Below the pieces are notes generated by a model, which did no database searches, had not been told where the DNA came from, and saw only the letters and a list, made by a program, of their open reading frames with translations. A stretch of DNA of 64,000 nt from an uncultured Phocaeicola sp. (GTDB lineage: Bacteria; Bacteroidota; Bacteroidia; Bacteroidales; Bacteroidaceae): positions 1,064 through 65,063 of the forward strand of contig CALUET010000019.1 in assembly GCA_944319745.1 (NCBI GenBank), read 5' to 3'. Of this stretch, positions 33,950-42,339 are shown in pieces. The first letter of the stretch is position 1, and each line of letters begins with the position of its first letter. Both the position numbers and the translations under genes were made by a program.

Positions 33950-34230
33950 GTGGTTGTGAAACTACAAGAATATTTAGATTGTATTTAAGAATTTGTTAAG
34001 GTAAGTGATTTTTAGGTATTAGAAAAAAGAGGTAAAAAGTGATTTTTTATTTAAGTTTTCTAAGGTAAAAGTTTAGGTATTAGTAATAATTTAAGGTAAA
34101 AGTTTTCAGTTTAGTTTTCAGTAAGGTTTAGAAGATTCTTTTAAAGGTAAAAAGAAAAAAGGTAAGGATAACACGTAAATTTTAAACCATTTATGAGATG
34201 AAAAGAACCCTTAAAATGGGGGGTTCTTTA
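33950..34230 (+). ncRNA. Putative sRNA, C-poor, with nine AGGT motifs
   Basis: Bounded by the promoter at 33938 and hairpin AAAGAACCC..GGGTTCTTT at 34202-34229; no plausible ORF. Ends approximate. Confidence 0.55.
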
Positions 34231-34398
34231 GGATGTAGGCGGGTGTTCTGTTCAGAGCAATCGCTTTTTTATTTATGGATATTTCATCCTTTTGCTGAAA
34301 TAAAGTGTATTTGTTCCTTTGTATTCCCGTGTTTTTTTTATACTTTAGCCTTCCATACTTTAGGAATGTATTAAAAAAACGCTTAAATTGATGCCAAT

Positions 34399-36390
34399 AT
34401 GAAAAAGTATTATGCTTGTCTTTTATCTTTTCTACTCTGCAGCACAGCCATCTCAACGGCACAGGTTAAACTGATACCGCTGTTCTCTGATAATATGGTG
34501 CTGCAGCAACAAACTCAAGCTCCCATTTGGGGAGAGACAAAACCGGGGAAAACGGTGGAGGTCACTACATCGTGGGACAAAGAAAAATACACAGTTACGG
34601 CCGATGCGAAGGGTAAATGGATGGTAAAGGTTGCCACTCCCGAAGCCGGAGGCCCTTATTCCATCGTAATATCGGACGGTAAAAAAGTGACATTAGACAA
34701 TGTGCTCATTGGGGAAGTCTGGCTTTGTTCCGGTCAGTCAAACATGGAAATGCCGGTGGAAGGCTGGGGAAAAGTAAAAAACTATGAGCAGGAGATAGCA
34801 GATGCAAATTATCCGAACATTCGTTTTTTGCAGGTAACGGATAATACAAGTCCGCAGCCTTTGGCAGAGATGCAGGCACGTAATGACGGTTGGATGGTTT
34901 GTTCTCCGGAAACAGTAAAGGAGTTTTCTGCAACAGGCTACTTTTTCGGGAGAGATTTAAATCACTATCGTAATGTGCCGGTGGGCTTGATTGATTCGTC
35001 ATGGGGCGGTACGATAATAGAAGCATGGACGAGTGAGGAGGCTTTGAGTACGATTCCTGAGATGATGGATAATATTGCTGATGTGAAAAGCATGCCGTTG
35101 ACAAATGAAGAGCGGCAGGAGAAATATCGTCGGGATATGGAAACATGGGCCGATGTTTTCGCACAGACAGACAAGGGCTTCTCGAACGGAAAAGCTGTTT
35201 GGGCTGATCTTGCTTGTAATGATGCTTCATGGGGTACAATGAACTTCCCCGGCGGAATGGATAATCAAGGCCTGGGAGCTTTCGACGGCGTGGTATGGTT
35301 TCGGAAAGTAGTGGAGATTCCGGCTTCGTGGGAAGGGAAAGAGTTGCAGTTGAATTTAGGAATGATAGACGATAACGACTTCACCTACTTTAATGGAGTA
35401 TGCGTGGGGCATACGGAAGGGCCGGGCGTTATGCGGGAATATACCGTACCGAAAGATCTGGTGAAGGGAGGAAAAGCTGTGATAGCAGTCCGTTTGTTGG
35501 ATACGGGGGGCCTGGGAGGCATAAACGGCGCTCCCGAACAATTGGTACTGCAGCGCTCGAAGAAAGATAAAATCTCTTTGACCGGCCAGTGGAAATATAA
35601 GGTTTCATTGTCTTTGGAAAAACTTCCGGCGTTACCAATAAATACGGTGAATCAACCGAATATGGCAAGCGTGTTGTTTAATGCGATGATTCATCCGTTG
35701 GTACCTTTTGCCATAAAAGGAGCCATTTGGTATCAGGGAGAATCGAATTCAGACCGGGCTTTTCAGTATCGCGACCTTATGCCTTTGATGATTGCCGACT
35801 GGCGTAAGCAGTGGGGATACGAGTTTCCTTTCTATATGGTGCAGTTGGCCAACTATATGGCTCCGCAGACACAACCGGAAGAATCGGCTTGGGCTGAGCT
35901 ACGCGATGCGCAATATAATACACTTCATCTGCGTAATACAGGTATGGCAGTGATAATCGATATAGGTGAAGCGGGCGATATTCATCCTAAAAATAAACAG
36001 GAAGTCGGACACAGGCTGGCGTTGGCTGCACGTGCACAAACCTATGGAGAAACGATTTCATACTCAGGTCCGCTTTATAAGGGGTATCGCATTGAAGGAA
36101 ACAAAATCAGGATTTTCTTCAAGCATGCCAACGGCTGTCTGAAAGCAAGAAACGGAGGTGCTCTGAAGGGCTTCACGATAGCGGGAACAGATCATAAATT
36201 TTATGCAGCAACGGCGGAGATAGACGGTAATTCGATTGTGGTATATGCTCCCGAGGTTGCTTATCCTCTTGCTGTACGTTATGCATGGGCTAATAATCCC
36301 GACTGCAATTTGGTTGGAGAAGATAATCTTCCTGCGTCTCCTTTCCGTACGGACGATTGGGCAGGGATTACCTTCGGTAAGAAATATTAA
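34399..36390 (+). CDS. Sialate O-acetylesterase (SASA family) with inserted sugar-binding domain
   Basis: FSDNMVLQQ, GEVWLCSGQSNM, WGGT, WYQGESN, DIHPKNKQEVG, VRYAW; signal peptide. Confidence 0.88.
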   Translation: MKKYYACLLSFLLCSTAISTAQVKLIPLFSDNMVLQQQTQAPIWGETKPGKTVEVTTSWDKEKYTVTADAKGKWMVKVATPEAGGPYSIVISDGKKVTLDNVLIGEVWLCSGQSNMEMPVEGWGKVKNYEQEIADANYPNIRFLQVTDNTSPQPLAEMQARNDGWMVCSPETVKEFSATGYFFGRDLNHYRNVPVGLIDSSWGGTIIEAWTSEEALSTIPEMMDNIADVKSMPLTNEERQEKYRRDMETWADVFAQTDKGFSNGKAVWADLACNDASWGTMNFPGGMDNQGLGAFDGVVWFRKVVEIPASWEGKELQLNLGMIDDNDFTYFNGVCVGHTEGPGVMREYTVPKDLVKGGKAVIAVRLLDTGGLGGINGAPEQLVLQRSKKDKISLTGQWKYKVSLSLEKLPALPINTVNQPNMASVLFNAMIHPLVPFAIKGAIWYQGESNSDRAFQYRDLMPLMIADWRKQWGYEFPFYMVQLANYMAPQTQPEESAWAELRDAQYNTLHLRNTGMAVIIDIGEAGDIHPKNKQEVGHRLALAARAQTYGETISYSGPLYKGYRIEGNKIRIFFKHANGCLKARNGGALKGFTIAGTDHKFYAATAEIDGNSIVVYAPEVAYPLAVRYAWANNPDCNLVGEDNLPASPFRTDDWAGITFGKKY

Positions 36391-36397
36391 TTAGAGA

Positions 36398-36462
36398 CAT
36401 CGGAATATATATTCCGATGCTTTTATCCCGAAGATTCGTTGTTTGTGGCGAATCTTCGGGAT
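36398..36462. terminator. Two adjacent inverted repeats between convergent genes
   Basis: Perfect 22-bp palindrome CATCGGAATATATATTCCGATG (36398-36419) and 14-bp stem ATCCCGAAGATTCG/CGAATCTTCGGGAT (36425-36462). Confidence 0.65.
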
Positions 36463-36484
36463 ATTTTTTCTGAGGAAGGAGAAC

Positions 36485-36772
36485 TTATCTGTAAAATTTC
36501 AGTTCGTTTTCCAACTTTTTTATGCGTAGTTGCATATCTTCCATTCGTTTTAGTAAGTGGCGTATGGCGTCGATGCCGGCAATATTTATGGACAGATCGT
36601 AATATAAGTGAGCGTATCGTTCTATTTCGTTCAGTTGTGATGCTGGAAAACAATTCACTTCATCTACCATTTTAATGTCGATCAATCCATCTTCGTTCAG
36701 CATCAAAATAAAATCCGGTTCGATATTGCTATGTTTGCAATAGTCGTTTATGATGATAAATTCGTTTTGCAT
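36485..36772 (-). CDS. Chaperone modulator CbpM-like (MerR-like HTH)
   Basis: LYYDLSINIAGIDAIRHLL; immediately downstream of the CbpA-like gene. Confidence 0.8.
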   Translation of the reverse strand: MQNEFIIINDYCKHSNIEPDFILMLNEDGLIDIKMVDEVNCFPASQLNEIERYAHLYYDLSINIAGIDAIRHLLKRMEDMQLRIKKLENELKFYR

Positions 36773-36792
36773 GATTCAGGATATTTAGGGGA

Positions 36793-37707
36793 TTAGCTTT
36801 GTTTTAATTGGGTGAACAAGGATTTTTGTTTCTCATTCAGGTTAGTCGGTATCGTTACATGATAACGGATAATGAGATCTCCGAAACAATTTTCTTGCTT
36901 GTACACGGGGAAACCCTTGCCTTTCAGTCTGACTTTTGTCTCGCTTTGTGTACCCGGCAATACTTTCAGTTTTACTTTTCCGTTAAGTGTTTCGGTTTGA
37001 ATTTCTCCGCCCAATACGGCAGTGTACAAATCGATGTTCACATCTTTATACAGGTCGTTGCCTTTTCTTTTGAAGACCGGATCGTCGGCAATGACGAAAG
37101 TTATGTATAAATCTCCCGCAGGTCCTCCGTTGACACCCTTTCCTCCGTGTCCTTTTAACTTGATGACCTGTCCATTTTCTATGCCGGCTGGCACGGTAAT
37201 CCGCAGAGTCTCTCCATTGATGGAGAACGTCTGTTTATGTGTGGTTGCAGCTTCCCGTAGAGAAAGCTGTAATTTGCCCTGGATATCTTGTCCGCGAAAC
37301 TTTCCATGGCCGAAGCCGTTGTTGCTGTGTCTGTGCCCGAAAAGTTCTTCAAAGAAGTCGGAAAATCCGCTTGCATTTCCGCCGAATCCTTCGGAGAAAT
37401 GCGTCCCGTCGGTAGAATAATGGTATTCCCGATAACCTCCGTTGGCGGCTTGTTGTGCTTTGGCGGCTTCAAATTCATCGGCATGCTTCCAGTTTTCTCC
37501 GTAGGCATCGTATTTTTTCCTTTTTTCCGGATCGCTTAATACCTCGTTTGCCTCGTTGATCTGTTGGAATTTATCTTTTGCCGTCGGATCATTCGGGTTT
37601 AAGTCCGGATGATATTTCCGGGCCAATTGCCTGAAAGCTTTCTTTATTTCGTCTTGTGTGGCGTTTCTTTCAACTCCTAAAATCTTATAATAATCAATAT
37701 ATGCCAT
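36793..37707 (-). CDS. CbpA-like DnaJ-class co-chaperone (no zinc finger)
   Basis: J domain [14 protein letters not shown] region, DnaJ C-terminal domain. Confidence 0.9.
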   Translation of the reverse strand: MAYIDYYKILGVERNATQDEIKKAFRQLARKYHPDLNPNDPTAKDKFQQINEANEVLSDPEKRKKYDAYGENWKHADEFEAAKAQQAANGGYREYHYSTDGTHFSEGFGGNASGFSDFFEELFGHRHSNNGFGHGKFRGQDIQGKLQLSLREAATTHKQTFSINGETLRITVPAGIENGQVIKLKGHGGKGVNGGPAGDLYITFVIADDPVFKRKGNDLYKDVNIDLYTAVLGGEIQTETLNGKVKLKVLPGTQSETKVRLKGKGFPVYKQENCFGDLIIRYHVTIPTNLNEKQKSLFTQLKQS

Positions 37708-37760
37708 ATTATGCAGTGGTTAAAGTCTTGATGAATCGTATAGGGAATGGTGAATTACAT

Positions 37761-37797
37761 AAAAAATCCTCTTCCCCCACAACAGGGAAAGAGGATT
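37761..37797 (-). terminator. Terminator after hsp20
   Basis: AATCCTCTTCCC/GGGAAAGAGGATT imperfect stem with T-run on the minus strand. Confidence 0.65.
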
Positions 37798-37816
37798 CCA
37801 TTAGCGAGGGATTCTA

Positions 37817-38254
37817 TTAATGAATTTCGATCACTCGGTTAACTTTCGCTTTGTCTTCCGGTGCCCGTTTCGGCAAATCAATCGTCAAAACGCCATTGTT
37901 GACGTTGGCTGTGATTTTGTCTTTCTCGACATCATCAGGCAAAACCAAGGATTGTTCGAATTTCGCATAAGAGAATTCACGGCGTAAGTATTTCTTCTTT
38001 TTATTGTCTTCATCCTTCGTTTCGTCTTTTTTCTCCATGCTGATTACCAACTCGTTGTTGTCTCCCAAATGAATGTTGAAATCATCTTTCGACATACCTG
38101 CAGCGGCAACTTCGATTTTGTAGTTTTTTTCATCTTCAATTACATTGATAGCAGGAGCAGTTGTATTCATTTTTACTACCCAATCGTTATCAAAGAAATC
38201 ATTGAAAATACTCGGTAACCAATTCTGATTGTTGTAATTTCTCATCGGCATCAT
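37817..38254 (-). CDS. Hsp20/alpha-crystallin small heat shock protein
   Basis: PAINVIE, YLRREFSY, NGVLTIDLPK. Confidence 0.93.
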   Translation of the reverse strand: MMPMRNYNNQNWLPSIFNDFFDNDWVVKMNTTAPAINVIEDEKNYKIEVAAAGMSKDDFNIHLGDNNELVISMEKKDETKDEDNKKKKYLRREFSYAKFEQSLVLPDDVEKDKITANVNNGVLTIDLPKRAPEDKAKVNRVIEIH

Positions 38255-38342
38255 AGTTGTAATCTCCTATATTTTATTGTTTTTATTTATACGTTTTCTT
38301 GAATCTCTCAGCCTTTCGGCTTCGCGATTCGCTTAATAAATT

Positions 38343-38356
38343 GCAATATGTATGCC
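38343..38356 (-). promoter_or_regulatory. Putative sigma54 (-24/-12) promoter of hsp20
   Basis: Minus strand AGGCATACATATTGCA = GG-N10-GC. Confidence 0.55.
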
Positions 38357-39002
38357 TGAACGACACTTTGTCAGTTAGATTCCCTGGCGTTTAAACTTAA
38401 GAAAACTTCTTTAAAAATTGGCAAAAGGTATTTAAACTTTAGTAAATATTATTTACAATATTGAGGAAAATGATACCGACAATCTGTCTTTTCCGACTGT
38501 CAGTTTTACATGAACATCCGGACGTTTCTTATCGGTAAATGGCGGATATGAGACAGGCTGCGGGGAGTATTGTTTCTCGTCGCTTGGAGAAATATGACGG
38601 ATGAAAACGATAGCAGAGGGCATGCAAGGGCGTGAGATAAGAAATAGCTCCCGATGTTTGGCGTGAAGACAATGTTTCCACATGTCTTTTTTCTTCGTTA
38701 AGATGCTTTTGTGATACGGTAAAACGTGATTCCCCATAGGGCATAAGGAATGTAGAGAGCTCGTTGTTTTGAGCATCTGTTTCGGGCTTTTGGTAAATAT
38801 CCGGTGCTGTTTTAAGAAAAGGATAGGGACGTGTTGCGCTGTTTCCCGTTTTGGAACGGAACAAAGTATCGCATTATATTCCGGCCTTCTATGCGCTCTT
38901 TTCAGAATATTTGCTGTGGTATGTTGGTAAATGTCTGCATCTTTTTGTTATTTTTGTTCTTATTATCGGCAGATGTATGTGTGCAGATAGTGCAAAAGGG
39001 CT

Positions 39003-39010
39003 TATGTTTG
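39003..39010 (+). promoter_or_regulatory. -7 promoter element (TATGTTTG) for the nuclease-TGT-MTase operon
   Basis: Matches TAnnTTTG about 30 bp upstream of the first ORF; -33 element not clear. Confidence 0.45.
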
Positions 39011-39041
39011 CCTTGAAAGTTTCAAGTATGGATATTTTTTA

Positions 39042-39470
39042 GTGGGAATGATGGAGGTCGGATTTGAGCAGGCTTTTTTTGAAGCTCTTAAGCGAAAATA
39101 TAAATTAAGGATAGAAGAAGCGAATTTCGCAGGGGAGAATATCCCTAAATATCTCTTGCTTGACAGCACACGTAATATTCATTCTTATTTAATACTGTGT
39201 TGTGAGCATCAGGGAATGCTGTTGAGTAATTATTGGGATGGAATAAATGCTAAAAAACAAATCGTTAAATTGCTTCGGATACAGTATTCGCAGTTGGACC
39301 GCCCCCTGTTCTTTTTCCTGAAATTGGAGGGTGGAGAAACGAGGATAATAGAAAGCGAAGTGATGAGGTACGAATTGTTGCAGTCGCCCGACTGTGATAT
39401 TATGGAATTTATGATGGATATGTCTGAGCCGATGTCGGGTGTTTTGTCTAAAATAAAAAACGAGTTATGA
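39042..39470 (+). CDS. Hypothetical protein, first gene of the putative defence operon
   Basis: 142 aa; stop overlaps the next start (ATGA); no motif recognised. Confidence 0.7.
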   Translation: MGMMEVGFEQAFFEALKRKYKLRIEEANFAGENIPKYLLLDSTRNIHSYLILCCEHQGMLLSNYWDGINAKKQIVKLLRIQYSQLDRPLFFFLKLEGGETRIIESEVMRYELLQSPDCDIMEFMMDMSEPMSGVLSKIKNEL

Positions 39471-40258
39471 ATCAGGATGTGGCATTGTATAAAGAATTGG
39501 TGGACTTCTGTAACACGCATCAAGAGCAGATAGAAGTTAAATTTAAGAGGAATTTGGAATTTACGCCTTTGAATGAAGACTGTTACCGGGAAATGTTTTG
39601 CAACCAGAGACACACCGATGCTCCTTTATCGGTGAAAGAGTTGAAAGCAAAGATCCCGGGATTGGCGGAAGCATATAAAAGGAACGGTGCTTACTTTATG
39701 CAGAAGCGCAACGAATATATAAAAGGGTTGGACATTCAAAAAGGGCAGTGGTATGAAAAAGCACTGCAGCGATTTCTGGGGACGAAAGGCGTAACTGTGG
39801 TGAAAAAAGGGCCTCCTTATCCCGATTTTGAGGTAACAATTGATGGAAAACTCGTAGGGTATTATGAACTTAAATATATAGAATCTCCTTTTCTGACAGC
39901 CAATGTGAAGATAAAAAACACCTATCCGTATGAAACAACCAGGTATGATTACGAAGCTTCTTTGACATTGGATACAGGAAATAAGATGAAGAATCAACGA
40001 GTGAAAATCCAAGGATTATTAAAAGAAAACATTCCTGTGTATTATGTTTGGTGGTACAACTGTTTTCATATCAAGGGGATTTTTGCAATGGCGGCGGAAG
40101 ATGTTTTCGATTATTATGATCATTTGGGAGGAGATCTCCTTCAAAGGAAAACAAGGGCCGGCGACAAGGAAACCCATCAAGAGGTTGGGAAAATATATCC
40201 CCCGCTGTTAAATATGTTGACGTTCTGCGAATTGATATCGGATTATTATGGTTCATAA
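39467..40258 (+). CDS. PD-(D/E)xK restriction-endonuclease-like protein
   Basis: GQWYEK (helix E) ..PYPDFEVTIDGKLVGYYELK (PD-x13-ELK); adjacent to DNA methyltransferases. Confidence 0.72.
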   Translation: MNQDVALYKELVDFCNTHQEQIEVKFKRNLEFTPLNEDCYREMFCNQRHTDAPLSVKELKAKIPGLAEAYKRNGAYFMQKRNEYIKGLDIQKGQWYEKALQRFLGTKGVTVVKKGPPYPDFEVTIDGKLVGYYELKYIESPFLTANVKIKNTYPYETTRYDYEASLTLDTGNKMKNQRVKIQGLLKENIPVYYVWWYNCFHIKGIFAMAAEDVFDYYDHLGGDLLQRKTRAGDKETHQEVGKIYPPLLNMLTFCELISDYYGS

Positions 40259-41519
40259 ATTTTATTTTACAAACAATCTTGGCGGAGGCGGCACAAATGT
40301 TAGCCGTCTTGTCGACTATAAACAGTTGTTGGACTTGCCAAATATCGGACTATTGCTTAATTATTATTACCTGACCGGGCAGTCGGTTCCGAAGTTTGAT
40401 GCTTATGTCATAGATAAAATACGCCGATACGCTTCCATAGGCGATTTCTTGAATGGTGCAAGAAAAATGTTTGCTGCAAGAAGGAGAACTTCGGCATATT
40501 TTGTAAAGTCGGCGGGCGATTCGAAGATGTCCGGCTATATGTTGGACAACGGCTGCGGAAATATTTTGCGGGACCTGCTGAGAAGTGGGCGTTATAATGC
40601 TGATTCCATAAAGAAAATAATTAAGCCTTTTCTTGATTTTTCGGAATCGATGCAGTTTGATTACTCCATTGCTTTGGATCTGGCGATGAAATATACTTAC
40701 AAAAGTAAGGAAACGATTGATGAAAAGTTAACGGATTTGTGGACACAGTTGTCGCAGAATGAAGCTGAAAATCTGGCCTTGATTGAAGCAACTTTAGATG
40801 TTATGCGCGAGAATTCATATTCGCGAGGTATTTATGCTCCGTTGCATGGATTTAATTATGAATCCTTTTGCGATTATGTAAACATGGTCAAAAAACTTGA
40901 AGATGAAAAGGGCGTTTCTTTCACCGGATTGGCTTTGGGCGGTATAGCTGATGCCAGAAAATTGGAAAATGAACTATGGGGTGTGCCCAAAAACATTAGG
41001 CAAGATTTAAAAACGGGGTATATCGTGTCTAAATTGTGCGAGGCTGTTAAAAAGATAGACAACAGACCTTTGCATGTATTGGGCGCAGGTAATATTTTTG
41101 TCTTGCCGTTTATTGTGCATGCCGGCGCTTCATCTTCTGATTGTCATTCGGCATGGAGAAGATCTTCCGACGGCGGATATGAAAAAGCCAAGGTCTTAAT
41201 ACCATTATTAAATAGTGACTTAGATTTCATTAATTCGGAGAATTGTTTGCAGTATGTACGCATATGCGACTTGGATGAACGTTATCATTTTGAATCTGAA
41301 ATACCAATAACAGATTTGAAAAAGCTATTCCTCTCTCATAACAAGGAAGATTTTTATTTTGCAGAAATATTTACTTTTGTTTTGGCTATTAGGCAATATG
41401 ATTTATTGATTCGCTATATGGAGAACAATCCAAACGATTATTTGGAAAAACTTTGCCACACTCCCGATTGTGATTTTAACGTGAAGCATCTGACTTTGAT
41501 TTCGGCCTTAAATTTGTAA
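40248..41519 (+). CDS. tRNA-guanine transglycosylase (TGT/DpdA)-like protein without CxCxxC zinc motif
   Basis: Collinear TGT motifs: LLLNYYYL, MLDNGCGN (DSGG-like), SIALDLA, APLHG, FTGLALGGIA, RPLHVLGAG, AGASSSDCHSAWR. Confidence 0.75.
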   Translation: MVHKFYFTNNLGGGGTNVSRLVDYKQLLDLPNIGLLLNYYYLTGQSVPKFDAYVIDKIRRYASIGDFLNGARKMFAARRRTSAYFVKSAGDSKMSGYMLDNGCGNILRDLLRSGRYNADSIKKIIKPFLDFSESMQFDYSIALDLAMKYTYKSKETIDEKLTDLWTQLSQNEAENLALIEATLDVMRENSYSRGIYAPLHGFNYESFCDYVNMVKKLEDEKGVSFTGLALGGIADARKLENELWGVPKNIRQDLKTGYIVSKLCEAVKKIDNRPLHVLGAGNIFVLPFIVHAGASSSDCHSAWRRSSDGGYEKAKVLIPLLNSDLDFINSENCLQYVRICDLDERYHFESEIPITDLKKLFLSHNKEDFYFAEIFTFVLAIRQYDLLIRYMENNPNDYLEKLCHTPDCDFNVKHLTLISALNL

Positions 41520-41574
41520 ATCGCTTGTGGCATTGGGAAAATAGATGTAGTTTTACATACTATAATAGGTAAGA

Positions 41575-42339
41575 ATGGATAAAATCTATAATCATAGTAG
41601 TGAGTTTATGCCCGAATTGCCGGACAAATGTGTCTCGTTAATGGTAACTTCTCCTCCTTATAATATAGATATTCGGTATGGGAATGAATGGAAAAACGGG
41701 CGTGTTACGAAAAGTAAAGGCAAGAAATATGCCGACAGATTGGAGGAAGAAGAGTATAGGAAGATGTTGTTTAATGTTTTTAATGAGACAAAGAGAGTTC
41801 TGAAAGACGATGGACAGCTTTGGTTGAATATCAAGAATCGGTGCGTAGATGGTAATATTATTCCTCCTTTTTGGGTAATGGATTACTTTAACGATATGTT
41901 CCTGAAGAACATTATTATCTGGAATTTTGATTGGGGAGGCTCGACAAACAAGCGTTTTTCCTCGAGGTATGAATATGTTTTCTTCTTTACGAAAGATGAT
42001 AAGAAGTATACTTTTAATTTGGATGATGTAAAGATTCCGGCGCTCAACTATCGTCCTGACAGATATAAAAACCAACTGAAGAATCCTACGGACGTCTGGA
42101 AAATATCATTGGTTAGCGGAAATTCTTTGGAAAGAACAGAACATCCGGCGCAATATCCGGAAGAATTAATAGAGAGAATCGTCAAAGTTGGAACAAACAA
42201 GGGCGATTTGGTTTTAGACCCGTTCATGGGAAGTGGGACAACAGCTGTCGTTGCAAAGAGGTTGGAAAGGCAATATGTGGGATATGAGATTGAGAAGGAA
42301 TTTATAGATATATCGGAAAAAAGGTTAGCAGATGTCTAA
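41575..42339 (+). CDS. Beta-class DNA amino-methyltransferase (N4-mC or N6-mA), M1
   Basis: VTSPPYN (motif IV), HPAQYP, VLDPFMGSGTT (motif I). Confidence 0.92.
   Translation: MDKIYNHSSEFMPELPDKCVSLMVTSPPYNIDIRYGNEWKNGRVTKSKGKKYADRLEEEEYRKMLFNVFNETKRVLKDDGQLWLNIKNRCVDGNIIPPFWVMDYFNDMFLKNIIIWNFDWGGSTNKRFSSRYEYVFFFTKDDKKYTFNLDDVKIPALNYRPDRYKNQLKNPTDVWKISLVSGNSLERTEHPAQYPEELIERIVKVGTNKGDLVLDPFMGSGTTAVVAKRLERQYVGYEIEKEFIDISEKRLADV

Noticed and set aside
33990-34170. AGGT repeats as a CRISPR array or iteron/oriC cluster
   Set aside because: Repeats are short, degenerate and irregularly spaced; no cas or rep gene, and no clear DnaA-box cluster.
38453-39042. Short ORFs (107, 111, 61, 63 aa) left of the defence operon
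   Set aside because: Mutually overlapping, no recognisable motif, and partly covering hsp20 regulatory sites; treated as non-coding.
40248-41519. Calling the TGT-like gene the housekeeping tgt or a standard dpdA
   Set aside because: No zinc motif, divergent DSGG motif, no queA/yajC or dpdB/dpdC context; no gene symbol assigned.
41520-41574. TATAAT box before the first methyltransferase as a foreign-type internal promoter
   Set aside because: No correctly spaced -35; chance match is likely in AT-rich DNA.
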